From Camelus ferus (taxonomy: Eukaryota), in assembly GCF_009834535.1 (NCBI RefSeq), contig NC_045696.1:12774001-12838000 (forward strand): a stretch of 64,000 nucleotides of DNA. Reading direction: 5' to 3'. The translations under genes were made by a program, and so were the position numbers. The number at the start of each line of letters is the position of its first letter. Within the stretch, counting starts at the first letter, position 1. The notes under the pieces are model-generated. The model had not been told where the DNA came from. It searched no databases and saw only the letters and a program-made list of their open reading frames with translations. Below, piece after piece: positions 52,001 through 63,486 of the stretch.

Positions 52001-53315
52001 TTCAGGGTCTTGGTGCTTACTGGTCCCTCAGCCTGGAACACTTCTGCCTTTAATCTTGGCTGTTCTGCTACTAAGCACCAGGCTGAAAGTTCTTTCCTGA
52101 AAATTGTTCTATCTGCAGCAGCACCGCCCTTCCTCCTCTTTTTTTTTTTTTTTGGAGGCAGACTCTTATTTCCTTTATCATTATTTGAAATCACCCTTCT
52201 TGTTTATTTGATCATTTACTATTTCTGCCTCAGAAGAATAAAAACTACAGAAAGTTTTCAGCCTGACTTAAAAAATATCATTTTAATCAAAACTTTTCCA
52301 CCAATATTTGCACTAACTCTTGTTATTTACTACACTCATGTTATCCCAAAAGTGCATCCTTCCAACAAGAACCTAGTTTCCTAAAATCGTTACCATAATT
52401 GGAGCCATATTGATGGCTTTAAGCAAGCACAGAAAATCTGGGAGACAAAGAAACACAAGAGATACATTTCTCAGTAGTGCTTTAAGATGTTTTTTCAAAA
52501 ACCGTGCCTTTTAAATTACGTTCCAGGTCTCCCCATAAAACAAAACAGTTTTATTTAGGCCAGGATATCACTTACCCTGTGGTTTACAACTCTGGTCGTT
52601 ACAACTCTTTTCGTCCGGCTCCTCAATTTAAAGATGAAGAAACCAAGACCCAGAGGAATCAATTTTACACCAAGCTAGCTAACCTAAGTTGGGACCAGAA
52701 CCCATTCGGATTTAACTAGTGTTTCTCCTGCTATAATGCACTACTTCTGCGAATTAAACGGGGGAGCCCTCTGCTGCTCATTTGGGAAGAAGCTGCCAAG
52801 TACTGGTCCTTGGCCCTCTCCTCTCCGGACCACCGACTCCGTGAACTGTGTTAGTCGGCTTCGCAGTCCCCAAAGCAGGTTCACCCGGTTCACCCTCATA
52901 CTACCCTTCAGGTTGGTGAGCTTCATCAGCCCCGTTTTAAGGAAGGAGGGAAAGTGCACGAGAGGCCTTACTCCAGTCCGGCTAGGAAGTATGAAACGCA
53001 AACCCAGCAGCCTCGTCCCTCACCCGCCGCCTCTCTTCCCACCACCCTCTCCGGAGTGGGTAAAGAACCGAAAGGCCCGCAGGCCTCCGCGGCCGAGCCC
53101 CCGCAAGAACACCTCCCTTTCTGGAATCTTCTCTCCTCCGACCGCTGTGCCGGGGGAGCACGCCCGGCCCGTTAGTAGGCCCTTCTCCTTCACTGCGGCC
53201 GCCCGCAGCCTTACGCCGACTCTCCCACCTCACTCCCCCTTCCTCCATTCCTTACCTTCGCTCCTTCCTTGAGCATCTGGGCAAAGCCCGGGGCCTTGGG
53301 GACGTGAAGCGCCAT
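39978..53315 (-). CDS. CCT8: T-complex protein 1 subunit theta; join(complement(53256..53315,50677..50767,49880..49959,48365..48514,47713..47893,47540..47601,46459..46596,45357..45535,44597..44663,44435..44522,44227..44342,43596..43667,43355..43519,42904..43023,39978..40055)), 1647 nt, 548 aa
   Basis: MALHVPKAPGFAQMLKEGAKHFSGLEEAV...AYGPNGMNK...VTNDAATIL...VGDGTNFV (chaperonin ATP-binding motif)...VPGGGATE...KKDWDDDQND*; the length matches CCT8 as recalled. Confidence 0.97.
40385..40477 (-). CDS. CCT8: Putative alternative (duplicated) CCT8 C-terminal exon; would give a 553-aa isoform
   Basis: cattttag|IIMAKLAGGPKAPKPQGNWDKDGWQDESHI*; phase 0 like the canonical exon and clearly paralogous to it; candidate donor CAG|gtgcca at 40373/40372. 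Confidence 0.8.
   Translation of the reverse strand: MIMAKLAGGPKAPKPQGNWDKDGWQDESHI
41110..41272. mobile_element. MER5A-like element
   Basis: CAAACTTTAGTGGGCATCATAATCACCTGCAGGGCTT...TTTCTGACTCAGT...TTTGAGAAC. Confidence 0.65.
42190..42506. mobile_element. Tigger2/MER8-like DNA transposon remnant
   Basis: GAGATTTCATCATGCTA...AAAACTTATGAATT...GGTTGAC...CTGAAACC. Confidence 0.65.
42904..43023 (-). CDS. CCT8: CCT8 exon 14
   Basis: AEVPAVKDMLEAGVLDTYLGKYWAIKLATNAAVTVLRVDQ|gtgagt. Confidence 0.95.
43355..43519 (-). CDS. CCT8: CCT8 exon 13
   Basis: [29 protein letters not shown]...VGLDIE|gtattt. Confidence 0.95.
43596..43667 (-). CDS. CCT8: CCT8 exon 12
   Basis: DKRLVPGGGATEIELAKQITSYGE|gtatat. 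Confidence 0.95.
44227..44342 (-). CDS. CCT8: CCT8 exon 11
   Basis: EKEDGAISTIVLRGSTDNLMDDVERAVDDGVNTFKVLTR|gtcagt. Confidence 0.95.
44435..44522 (-). CDS. CCT8: CCT8 exon 10
   Basis: TPPVLEEMGRCDSVYLSEVGDTQVVVFKH|gtaagt. Confidence 0.95.
44597..44663 (-). CDS. CCT8: CCT8 exon 9
   Basis: LNSKWDLRRLCKTVGATALPRL|gtatgt. Confidence 0.95.
45357..45535 (-). CDS. CCT8: CCT8 exon 8
   Basis: GTVLIKTAEELMNFSKGEENLMDAQV...YNIMLV|gtaaga. Confidence 0.95.
46459..46596 (-). CDS. CCT8: CCT8 exon 7
   Basis: GSGVYSSSVLHGMVFKKETEGDI...FDGMITETK|gtatgt. Confidence 0.95.
47540..47601 (-). CDS. CCT8: CCT8 exon 6
   Basis: VSIFPDSGHFNVDNIRICKIL|gtaagt. Confidence 0.95.
47713..47893 (-). CDS. CCT8: CCT8 exon 5
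   Basis: VIEGYEIACRKA...LIAQAC|gtgagt. Confidence 0.95.
48040..48275 (+). mobile_element. MIR SINE
   Basis: GGCTTTGGAGACAG...TTTGAATCC...ACTTACTAGCT...AATGAGAT...GCCTGGCACA. Confidence 0.65.
48365..48514 (-). CDS. CCT8: CCT8 exon 4 (followed by a GC donor)
   Basis: VQHPAAKMIV...GDGTNFV...GLSVSE|gcaagt. Confidence 0.93.
49880..49959 (-). CDS. CCT8: CCT8 exon 3
   Basis: GMNKMVINHLEKLFVTNDAATILRELE|gtaagt. Confidence 0.95.
50677..50767 (-). CDS. CCT8: CCT8 exon 2
   Basis: HFSGLEEAVYRNIQACKELAQTTRTAYGPN. Confidence 0.95.
51430..51600 (-). mobile_element. MER3/MER33-like hAT element
   Basis: CCAATATAGTAGCCACTAGCCAC...CAAGTGCCC...ACATGTGGCTA. Confidence 0.6.
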
Positions 53316-53650
53316 GGCCACTCTGCAAGGAGCCGTTCACGCGCCCGCTCGGAAGACGCCGCAGGAAGCGAGAGGCGCGCACAGCCTCCTGGGAACGTAG
53401 CGTACGGCGGCCTCACGCTCTTCCTCTCCAGCCGGGCCCGCCCCTTCCCCTAGCCGCCTGGTTTGAAGCCTCGCGAGAAGTAGCAGTTCGCGCCGCCAGA
53501 ACTGAATTGACGATCCTCGATCTGGTCGATCGATCGGGCGGGTAGCGGGGCTCGCCTTCCGTTTTCCGGCGAACGCGCGTCCAGGCTGTCCGGCCACAGT
53601 GGCTCGCTGCTGGTTATTCTCTTTTCTTGGACCCTGCGGTTGGGACGCTT
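52950..53650 (-). promoter_or_regulatory. CpG-island promoter of CCT8
   Basis: CpG-rich; GC box CCCGCCCC at about 53436-53443; one-mismatch BANP-type palindrome CCTCGCGAGA at 53469-53478; pyrimidine-rich putative start CCTCTCGCTTCC at about 53375. Confidence 0.8.
53256..53315 (-). CDS. CCT8: CCT8 exon 1, coding part
   Basis: GCCATGG; MALHVPKAPGFAQMLKEGAK|gtaagg. Confidence 0.95.
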
Positions 53651-54235
53651 GTTTTGCCAGTTCTGAACTGGAAGCTAAGCTTTCTAAGATTAACTTGCGT
53701 GTAATCTTCCAGACCCACCCATATTATTAGGGCTGGTGTTTCCCTTCCCCCTTCTTCCCCAAGGCAGAGCAGTTGTCTCCACCCCCCTAAATCTGTAGGT
53801 GAGCTTCGGCTGTGACTTGGGCACTGTGGGGAGCGCTGGGGACTTGAAGGTGTTAATTAAAATCTGTAAGGGTCACTGCGTCCTGAGTGCTCATACGTGC
53901 CAGGCTCTGTTAATTGCTTTACGTGCGGTATTAGCTAATGGTCAGTCGTAACGAGTTAAATCTGATTGCTTCCAGTTGATAGAAAGGGAATCCGGAATTT
54001 AAAAACGGTAATTTGTACAAGATCATAGCGCTAGCCATGTGAAAGCCAGGGTTCATACCAGATTAGGTATAATATAATACCTAATTATATTACTATTTTC
54101 TGCTTTCTCTTGGACATACTAATCCCTTTTACTTTACCACAGATCTTTAAAACCTGACCTCTGTGTCTTCCCACATCAACATGTGGCTGATTTCAAAGTG
54201 ACTGAATGTTAGAATAATTTTAAGAATGATTTCAC

Positions 54236-54360
54236 GCAGAGAGTGGTACTAGCTCAGTGGTTGAACGCATGCTTAACATGCACGAGGTCCTGGTTTCAGC
54301 CCCCACAGTACCTCCATTAAAAACAAACAAAATCATTCCTTAAAAAAAAAACAACAAAAA
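54236..54360 (+). mobile_element. Diverged copy of the same tRNA-Ala-derived SINE
   Basis: TAGCTCAGTGGTTGAACGCATGCTTAACATGCACGAGGTCCTGG...CCTCCATTAAAAACAAACAAA tail; imperfect TSD AAGAAT(GAT)TTCAC. Confidence 0.85.
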
Positions 54361-55834
54361 AAGAATTTCACACTATGAAAGTAATCCACTCTCTTTGTAG
54401 AAGGTAACATGAAACAAAAAGCAGAACGTTTGGCTTGACTTTTGTTCTTGGGTACTTGCAAATAACTTATTTTCCTTAAATTGGGACAGATTTAATGTGC
54501 CTTAAGGAATAATCACATGTGTCAAGTGTATTAGTTATAACTTTTACAGTGAGCACTTAAAATACATAATTATTAAAATAAAAACTACTTTTTGCTACTT
54601 CAAATCAAATGGTATGTGAACTATTTGTTGGGAAACATTACAAGAGATCAGTGATTCTCAAAGTGTGGTCCAGGGACAACACAAGATCTCATGGATTAGC
54701 TAAGAAACAAGTAAAAATTCATCTAACTCAGCACTGCTTACAAACATAATCAACACAAAATAAAACTGAAAGGGATTAAAAATGAAACCAAATCTTGAAT
54801 CATAGAAAATAACCTGAATATAAAACTATAGCTGAATCAAGTTTCCATGGAAAGTTTATAATAAAAATTGATCTTAATTTTAGTAAATTAAAAAGGAAAG
54901 GATTGAAATCAAAATCTTTTTGGTAATTTATCAAGAATAACATTAATTTAAGTGCTAAGAAGAATGCTTTTTAGATGGAAATTCGTTGATTTTGTATTGT
55001 TTGGGTTAAACTGTGTATTCATAATTACAGAATCACAGCATCGTGGGCAACATTTCCAATGGATCCTAATAGTAGGTCAAGTATTCTTTGCCCAGAATAG
55101 AAAATAAGTGCAAGTCCTACTGTGGCTTTGAGGCCTCGGTTCTGGTTCCTGCTTCTCTCACTGCATCTTTGCCCTCTTGGCCTTCCTCTCAGTCTTTTGG
55201 TCCCAATAGCCTGAATAGTTCATCCTGTCTTCTGCCTAAGGGTCTTAGCCTCTGCTGTTCTCTACCTAGAATGCTCTTTTGCCCCCTTTTGGCTGAGTTA
55301 GTTCTACTTTAGTAAACAGACACTTCGGCTATAAAAGCTTCAATGACTCCCAAAGTCATTCTCACAGCTTCTGTGCTTCTCCTTCAGAGCACTTAGCAGA
55401 GTTGTAATGATTAAAAAATTAGTTACCATTTTTCCCAGCTGGTAGGATTGCATGGAGTAGAGACTTAATGGATGGCTGAGAGCGTGCCCAGAGAAGAAGA
55501 CCAAAGAATCGAGAGATGAGGTCTCTATTTGTCCCTTGCAGACATAGGTGCTGAGAACCAGAGAACAACACAAAGCAATCAAGAGGGTTTTCCCAGGAGT
55601 TTGCAAAAGGTCAAGGAGTCACACAGTTCGGTCCCTAGCATTCTCAATGCTCAAAGTGAAAGGGAGCGGGATGCTGTGGCTCTCATCACCAACCCCTGCC
55701 TCTGGTTTATAGAAAAGCTGAAGTCTCCCAGGCCTCCCCGTGTCATAGAAGAGCAGGCTCAAGCAGTTGATTAGGACAAGCCTGCAGGCAGTGGGGGATG
55801 GCAACGACTCTGAACACCTATCTCAACCATTAAC

Positions 55835-56543
55835 TGAGATTATTCTTTCAATGCCCCTTAAAACTTTCATGGCTGAAGAGAATTTTTGGAGATGGCTTTT
55901 TTGGAGGGGATGCTGGGTCCACCAGATGGCAGGCATTCTGGTTAAAAGCAGCTTTCCTTTTTGTTGCCCCGAGGCAACAAAGCTGTTGCCTCCAGGATCA
56001 TACCCCTGCCCCTTCCTCAAATTGAAACAAATTACTCTTATCTAAGTCTCTGGAGGCAGTTGCAGAGAAGAAACAAGAACTGGTTAGAACTGACAGATGG
56101 CAGAGGATTTGACTTCAGTGCACGTGGAGCCTCAGTATACCCTTATTGTAATATATTAACATGCTGAATGACACAACCACCAGTGCCATGACAGTTGACG
56201 ATTGCCATGACAACTGGGAAAGCCATACAAGGACTGAAGAACTCGAACAAAGGCTGACTGCTCCATCACACCAGGAAGGGGGACATGATGGCAGAAACCT
56301 CATATGAAAGTCCACGTGGCCTGACCTGGACCGGAGCTGTCCCTACCAGCCATTTTGGCTGACAGCCCCCTTCTTGAGCACCTTTTCCTCCCTCGGTTGC
56401 TTTTCTTTCCTCTCCCTGCTGAGCACTTTCCTTCCTTTTTCTCTTTTGAGAAATAAAAGCAATTTTTGCTCTCTTCTTCTGCCTTAGCTGTGAATTCTTT
56501 CCATCCAAGAGGCTTTGGTGGGCCTCCTAATTTCGGGGTCTCA
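55835..56543 (+). mobile_element. MER41-like ERV1 LTR, copy 1 (boundaries approximate)
   Basis: Core ATTGTAATATATTAACATGCTGAATGACACAACCACCAGTGCCATGACAGTT...TGCCATGACAAC resembles MER41; AATAAA at about 56452; GAATTCTTTCC; TGAGA...TCTCA termini. Confidence 0.65.
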
Positions 56544-56849
56544 CTAATGACTAACAATAGGAACTTTTTTGGCCTGATTAACTTCTCTGATAAATCAGAT
56601 GAGATTTGTCTCCATGCATGTTTTGCCCTTATCAGCACCTACTGTCTGCTTGGGTGCTGGGACAATATTTCTGTCATTTTGAGCTTTAATTTATTCTGTG
56701 AATCCCACAGCAGGAATAATCAAACACCTGGTCTGTTAAAGAACGGATGAAGACATTCTTCAAATTTCAAACCATCAAAAGACAGATTTATCTTCCTATG
56801 AGCCATTTCTGTGGGAACGTGTTGAGTGGTAAATTCCTCGCCAACTTCA

Positions 56850-57563
56850 CTTGCATACGGAGGCTGCTCATTCTGAATGGGTAACCCATGGGATAAACCT
56901 GGAGAGGTCACTTCCCTCTAGAGACTGGAAGAGGGCAGAGCACAGCCATTCAAGTAATGCAATAGCAATTAACATCAAAATGGTGAAAGATTCAACCCTC
57001 AGTAGGCCTTGAGGCTCAAGATGATGGGAGATTTAACTTCCAGCAGATCTTGAGTTTCATTATACGCCCATTGTAATATATTAGCATAGTGAATAACATG
57101 CTCACAGGCACTGTGGCAGTCCCAAGGCTAGCCACAAGAGGTCAGAGTGGGAAATGGTTAACTTCCTGGGAATCCCAGCCCCTTCTGCAAGCTACTTAGA
57201 CTGGTCCTTTCACTTATTAGCATATGAAGCCACCAAGCCCATAAAAACTGGCAACACAGTCCCTCGTGGCAACCGCTCTCTCCCTCCCTCCCTCCCTTCG
57301 TTTGAAGACGGCCCACACCCTGTGTGTGGAGTGTGTACCTACTTTTACTCTAATCTGAGCACCCAACCCCCACAACTCATGGCCTTTCTCTTGCCTTTCA
57401 ACATATCTCTCTGAATAAATCTACCTTTACTCAACTGTGCCTCGCTCTTGAATTCTTTCCTGCGTGAAGCCAAGGATCCACACTTGGCGGGGCATGTCCC
57501 AGGGGTTCAATTGAAGCCTGATACACGGCCCACCTAACGCCCCACATCTGTATTCCTGCATCA
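56850..57563 (+). mobile_element. MER41-like ERV1 LTR, copy 2 (5' boundary approximate)
   Basis: ATTGTAATATATTAGCAT core, TTAGCATAT, CCATAAAAACTGGCAAC, AATAAA at about 57414, TGAATTCTTTCCTGCGTGAAGCCAAG, ends in CA. Confidence 0.7.
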
Positions 57564-60261
57564 CCTCTACTCTGGGAGCAGTGGTAATCTGAGTTAGGTT
57601 CTTCGAGGTTGCAAGGAAAGGAAATGCTGAGATCATTTTAAAGGCTGTGGTTTATTAAGGATTACAAGAAAGTAAGAAATTGCACAACTGTCCTAGAGCC
57701 AGATGACTTTTCATGTATACCGCTATAGGTTGGGTGCCTCTGAGTTATCATTTTCGTAGCTTAGTTTATCTCTGTTTCTATGGCTTCCACCAATGTGACA
57801 GCTGCTTCTTTTCACCTCTTTCAACTGCTTTTTCTTCTTCCTACACCTTGGCTTTGACTTGCTTCCTCTCAGTTTCCCCACCTCCCTCAGGTGGGTCTTT
57901 GTGTGTTTCATACTTAAACATCCCAAGAAAAAAATATCTGGTTGGTTCAATGTACTGCTGTCTACCAAAAAGCCCCCAGGTACTGCTGAATTGTCATCAA
58001 GGATACTACAAGCCTCTGTGGCTGCCTTGGCTGAAGCAAGGATTCCTCGTGCTCTTAATGGCGACCAGGGGGCCAGGATCATCTGTAACTTCAGTGTAAG
58101 GAATGCTTTGTGGCTGTTTTGTTCCCTGATGAGCCCATATTCAGAGTTTCGTAAGTAGTCCATTCCATCTGTCAAAGGCTATGCTGTAGTTAGTAGCTTC
58201 CTTAAAGTCTTTCTGGATCAAGGCAAAGTAAAAAATAATAATAATAATAAAATAAAATAAAATAAAGTGTATAGTTCATCACTCCCTTTTTATTACCATT
58301 CTGAGAACGGAAATCTTGGACTGGATGAAAGTGATCATTTCCCCCTTACTTTAAAAGTTGGCTTAGGCTCCCCCCATGCCTATTAGTGCCCGACCATGAC
58401 TAAGCTGGTTAGGTTATGGGGCAGAGAAAGGTGAAATGGAGTGAGATAGTGCGTTTAAATTCTATTAGTGATGCCTTAGATCACTAGAGATTGATGAAAG
58501 CTCTGTTGTATTAGGTGACTTGAGAGAGAAGTTTCCCTTCAGCTTTTGTGAATGGATTGTCCATAAACTAAAACTGTGTTTATCAGTCCCTCTTTTAGTA
58601 AAATTAGAAGTTACTGCCGTAGTTTCTCTGATAGATATGCTAGATTGGCACACTCGTGTCGCCCTGCATTGCAGAGGTCAGAGAGCCAAAACTGTACTTC
58701 CCAGGTTCCCTTGCAGTTATGATTCAGGATATAAATAAGTCTCCACCAATTAGAAACCTTCATGTGAGGGCTGGACGGCGATAGGGAGGCAAAGTCTATT
58801 TTCATGCTGCTTTGGTAGTTCTGCCAGCCAGCAGACCAGGAGAGGGTGCAGTGCTGGCTTTACTATTCCAGCAGGGACTCTATCAGAGGGACAGCTGTGG
58901 CGATGGCGACAGCTTCCTCATCCTGGCTTCTTGTTCTCTACATCACAGCTGCGGTGGTGGGTTCTTGATCTCAGGCTGTCCAGTGGTGATTCCTGATTCC
59001 CACCTTTCTGATCATATAAGGTGGGTCAGTTCTGTGACATCTGGGATTTATTCTTGGAGGCCCCATGGATTGCTTCTCCATCCATGGTGGATTTTTGAAG
59101 TATCTGACTCCTTGTATAAAAGCACTTTCTGTTTATAATACCTGGAGTGGTTTCTGTTTCCCATGTGGGATGCTGATGGAGACAATTTCTGTTTATGAGT
59201 GTTAGGAAGCTAAAAACAGTCATGGCCTGGCTTGTGAGCTGACATAGGGGATGAAATTCAGAAGTCATTCAGGATCTTTCCAAATCTAATTTTCATGCTT
59301 GATTTTTAAAAAATTTGATTTTTAAAAATTAATTCTTTGTGGCTGGCCCAGAACTGAGAGTCAAAAGATTTTGCAATTAGCCTGATGAGGAAGATTAAAG
59401 AAGCCCCAATATCAAGGAATGTGAGAGACTTCCCTGCCCCTTTCTTAAGTTTACAATTTGAGATACATTGCTTCTCTCTAGGACATGCAGAACACAAACA
59501 ATTCTTTTCATAGTCTTACTGATTAAAAAGGTTGAGTATGTTACCTGGTGAAGATTTTCTGTTATTAAAATTGCTTACAGTCTGCTAGTAACTGGTCTTT
59601 CTAACTTTGTTGTAATGCACCATAGTACATCCCTCTCCTCCCCCTCCTTTTTGAAAAAAGATAAATTCTTTATTCTTTTTGAATTATGGATTTATCAGAT
59701 TGCTTTTTTAAAAAAAAATTTAGCCAGTTTCCCATGATAAATTGCAAGCCTGGATTTCTCAGGCCAACATTCTACACAAGGAGCAAGCTTTTGACAAGGT
59801 TATTCCACAGTAGTAAACCTTTCTGCATATCTTACGCAGAAATTGTTCAAGAATAAGATAAGATTGTTCACAGCTTTTATAGCCGTTTACTCAGCTTTTG
59901 GTTCTGTGAATAGGAAACAGTTGTAGGTTAAACTGTACAATATTGAACCCAGTCCTGATTCTTACATAGAATTTGCATCTTAACACTAGTGCAAAGATCT
60001 GGGTTTGGAAGAATTAATTAAATAATTATTTCATGATGAATACAATATGGATTTTTGACTACCCTCTTAGTTTTTATTTGTTTCTTAATATTCAGTATTA
60101 CTTATGGACAAGCCAGTTGAATCCCTCCCTACTTCCACTGAGAGTAAAAGTAATAAGCATGATCTGCTAATAATATCAAGCTCTAGACATGATTTTATCA
60201 GCTTTTGGTTCTATTTTCTAATATTACATAAAAGATTAGCTTAAATTCAGCCACCATAGCA

Positions 60262-60710
60262 GTTAGCAATTGCTGTACCATTTAGCAAAAAACAAACCAC
60301 TCCAAAACTTAGTGGCTTAAAACAATAGGTACTTTTTATTTCTCACAAGCCTAGGACTGATTGGACACTTTGGCCCATCTGGACCAGGCTTTGCTGTATT
60401 AAGCGGGGAACTGTCTATGTATCTGCCTGCAGTCTGCTGGTGGGTGGGCTGGGGGTTGGTAGGTTAGGAGGCCTCCACTGGGACCCTTCTCATCCTCCAG
60501 CAGATCACCTGGGCTGGTGCTCACGGAAATAAGGGTTCCAAGAAAGCACACAGAAATGTGCAGGTACCTTGTCAAATTTACTACTGTCCAGTTGGCCAAA
60601 GTAGGTCACATGGCCAAGCCCAGAGTCAGTGAGGGAAGGCAGTATCAAAGAGTGTAGACACAGGAAGCTTGAAAGTTGAGGGCAAGAGTGCCGTCAATCT
60701 ATCACAGCCA
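60262..60710. mobile_element. MLT1-like (ERVL-MaLR) LTR
   Basis: AAACCACTCCAAAACTTAGTGGCTTAAAACAA...GGCCAAAGTAGGTCACATGGCCAAGCCCAGAGTC. Confidence 0.7.
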
Positions 60711-61849
60711 CTCAACCCCAATCATCCTTTTTGCAAGAGTTTTCCAATATTGACTTGCTTTTGTATTCAACAATTCCACTCAGAAAATTATCTTAGGAAA
60801 ATATGGGAACCAATATACATTGTAGGATTCCGTAGAAAGCAAAATTACTTAAATTAAATTTTTTCTTGGTATGTTACTGAGATTTGTTTTTTCCTTGAGC
60901 CACAGTGAATGACTGTTATTAACTGCATTGAAAAGACTCAGGCTAAAAATTAGCATGGTTGTTCTTTGTGTTGTAGAATTTGGGTGTCTTACTTTCCTGT
61001 TTATTTATATTCTGAGATAAATGCAGAACGTTTGGGAGGACATGATACTGGCACTTTCTAAAGGTATTTAGGGTTTGCCTTGATTAGTTCCTCAATTTTC
61101 TCTGCCTTATTCTCCTACACAGAATATCTGCACCCTGGGTTCTAGTTTGAGCATATAAATTTTAACCCTCTTTTATCCAGTTCTTATCAAAATCCCAATT
61201 GCAAAAATTAAAGTTTGAGGGAAATTCCCTAAATGCCATGCAAGTTCATTTAGATAATACATTTTGCCCTCGGATCAAGCTAGACCATCAGTGTTCCCGT
61301 TCTTTGGAAAACTGAGTTTGACAAAATGCACTTTGGTATCACATCATCCTCTTATAATAAGAGATAGTAAAGGAACAGCCAAATGTATGGGCTCTTATGT
61401 TTACTCGAGTCCTGTTTTTATGGATGTCAAATATTTCATTACATGGTGTCCTTTTAATATGACCTGTGGGGAAAACTTATCATTCAACCGTTGTTGTTTG
61501 TTTTATGATCTCTATGAATCTTACAAGTTTTTTTGTCTCTCTCTTAAATTACTAGAAACTTTAAGCCAATGGGTAGCCCAGATCTACCACGTGTCTAGGA
61601 TTATGGTGTGCCATTTCTGTCTCCTGCTCACTAGTTGGTTTTTATTCTTTTCTTTCTTGGTCTTTCTTATTTTGCCCAGATCATCTCAACTTAAAAAAAT
61701 CTTTATTGATTTTACTTTTTTATTTGCCATGTCAAATCCTTTGTGGAATGAGGTGGGGTATAACTATATTTTTTTAAAGTGCTAGTTTACAGATTTACAG
61801 ATAGTTTGAAGATGATTAAAGGAGTTAGAGGCCTTACTTCAGAATGACT

Positions 61850-61937
61850 TATTTCCTTTCTTTCCTTCCTTCCTTCTTTCCTTCCTCTCTTTCTTTCTTT
61901 CCCTTTCTTTCTTTTTCTCCCTTTCTTTCTTTCTTTT
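61850..61937 (+). repeat. Compound (TTTC/TTCC)n polypyrimidine microsatellite
   Basis: Direct inspection. Confidence 0.85.
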
Positions 61938-63420
61938 CTAGTTGAGGAAGAGGATTTACATTTTTTGCTAGAAACACAACCACACTATAAGTAGCATAAA
62001 ACCAAAGTATAAAACAAGCTTGAGACCTTCTTACATTACTGTGACTTGATCCCATTAAAAACAGTAAGTGGTACACACACTGATTGATTCATGTAAGATG
62101 GTCCCCAGTCTCCTTTACTTACTTAGTCCATGAGCTAGTTCTTATTTTCGTGGTTGGATTAGCAAGGATGCTTGATGGTTCAAATGTTTATCAGCCATCG
62201 TCATTCTCACTTGTCCTATTCTTAATGTTTTGGCTATTTTTATTACAAATAAAATACTAGGATTTGCATTCGGGTCAGTCATTAGTCTTAGGGGAATAAA
62301 ATTAAGAAAGGATTTATGTGTCTATTTATGTCATGGTTGGCTAGAGCAGTTATGTCTTCCCTTTGCCGTCTGACCGAGCTGTTTTCTGTTCCTTGACAGA
62401 TACTCTTCTGACTCTCTTCCCAGCTGCACCGCTGAGGTGCAAGTTAAATCACATCAGGAAACCTGATGAAGAAGGAGGGTAAGGGCTACCAAACCTTTCA
62501 AAAGATCTTTTTATCCCCCCTACATGGATTTTTGACAACTTAGGAAAATAGACTAGTAATAGTTAGAAATTAACTTCCTGAGATGAATAAAAAAATTTCT
62601 TTAGAAAGAAGAGATACGAGGCAATATGTTTAGAAAATGTAAAAATACGCAGTCATCTACCTCAAGATGACTCTCAAACTCTGCAAAAAATTGCAAAGGA
62701 AAAAGGAAAAAAAAACTGACAAGGAAGAGACCTGTCTCCAAGCGCATGCGCTTCCTCCTCCTTTGAGCTACGGAAGGACTCTTCGGCCCGTACCTGGGGC
62801 CTTTGGACTGAGAATCATAAAATAATGCCGCTCAGTCCCATAAGCTTTGTTGTCTGGTCTCTCAGAGCAAATGAGGACAGCTGTGGGAAAGCACAAGATA
62901 GGAAAAGTCAGACCTACTGATAAAAGCAAGAAGCAACAGATAATAGCCAGACAGACACACTTAAGAAGACTTGGAAACTAGAGAAACATAGTTGGGGCTA
63001 TCTGGGGAAGCCGCTGTATGTATTGCGTTTAGAGTGATCGCTGGCTATAAAGAAACAAAATTAGTAATGGTTCTTGAATCTTGTTTAGACAGTCATTGAA
63101 TATATGAGATGCATTTAAATTCTACCAAAAATGATGGCAATTTTTGAAACATCTTTTGGTTCTTGATGGGGGAGCTTCACTTGATGGGGGAGCAAAGCTA
63201 TTTTCCTTGCTAATTCCTTCCCTTTTTCCTTGGAAAATTCATGTATAAAGGCAACCTCATTCTTCAGATATTGTATATGACTGAAAGGTTACTATATTTG
63301 GCATGAATCACATGTTAATGACATGGTTAGTGTGTTGTTTGAAGCAATGTTGTGATGGCTTTGATGCAGAATCATCACTCTTTATCATTGTTTAAGACAA
63401 CTCAGGTAGTTAAATGCAAG

Positions 63421-63486
63421 GTGACCCAGACAGTTCAGATAACTGCACCTTTAGTAGCTATGAGGGAAGTGGTGGCAGATCTTACC
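63421..63486 (+). other. MAP3K7CL: Region homologous to a 5' exon of human MAP3K7CL; ATG position reads ACA
   Basis: Translation TVQITAPLVAMREVVADLT resembles the human MAP3K7CL N-terminus MVQLIAPLEVMWNEAADLK as recalled; syntenic position. Confidence 0.5.

Noticed and set aside
52736..53272. 178-aa plus-strand ORF
   Set aside because: Antisense to the CpG-rich CCT8 intron 1; low-complexity Pro/Arg/Ser composition.
54062..54085. 9-bp AT-rich inverted repeat ATTAGGTAT-N6-ATACCTAAT
   Set aside because: Short and AT-rich, so expected by chance; no supporting context.
56266..56911. Minus-strand ORFs as a processed pseudogene or retroviral env remnant
   Set aside because: No recognisable protein similarity; they overlap LTR sequence and a purine-rich tract.
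61264..61785. 173-aa ORF
   Set aside because: Non-ATG start, T-rich Phe/Leu/Cys composition typical of non-coding DNA, and no recognisable domain.
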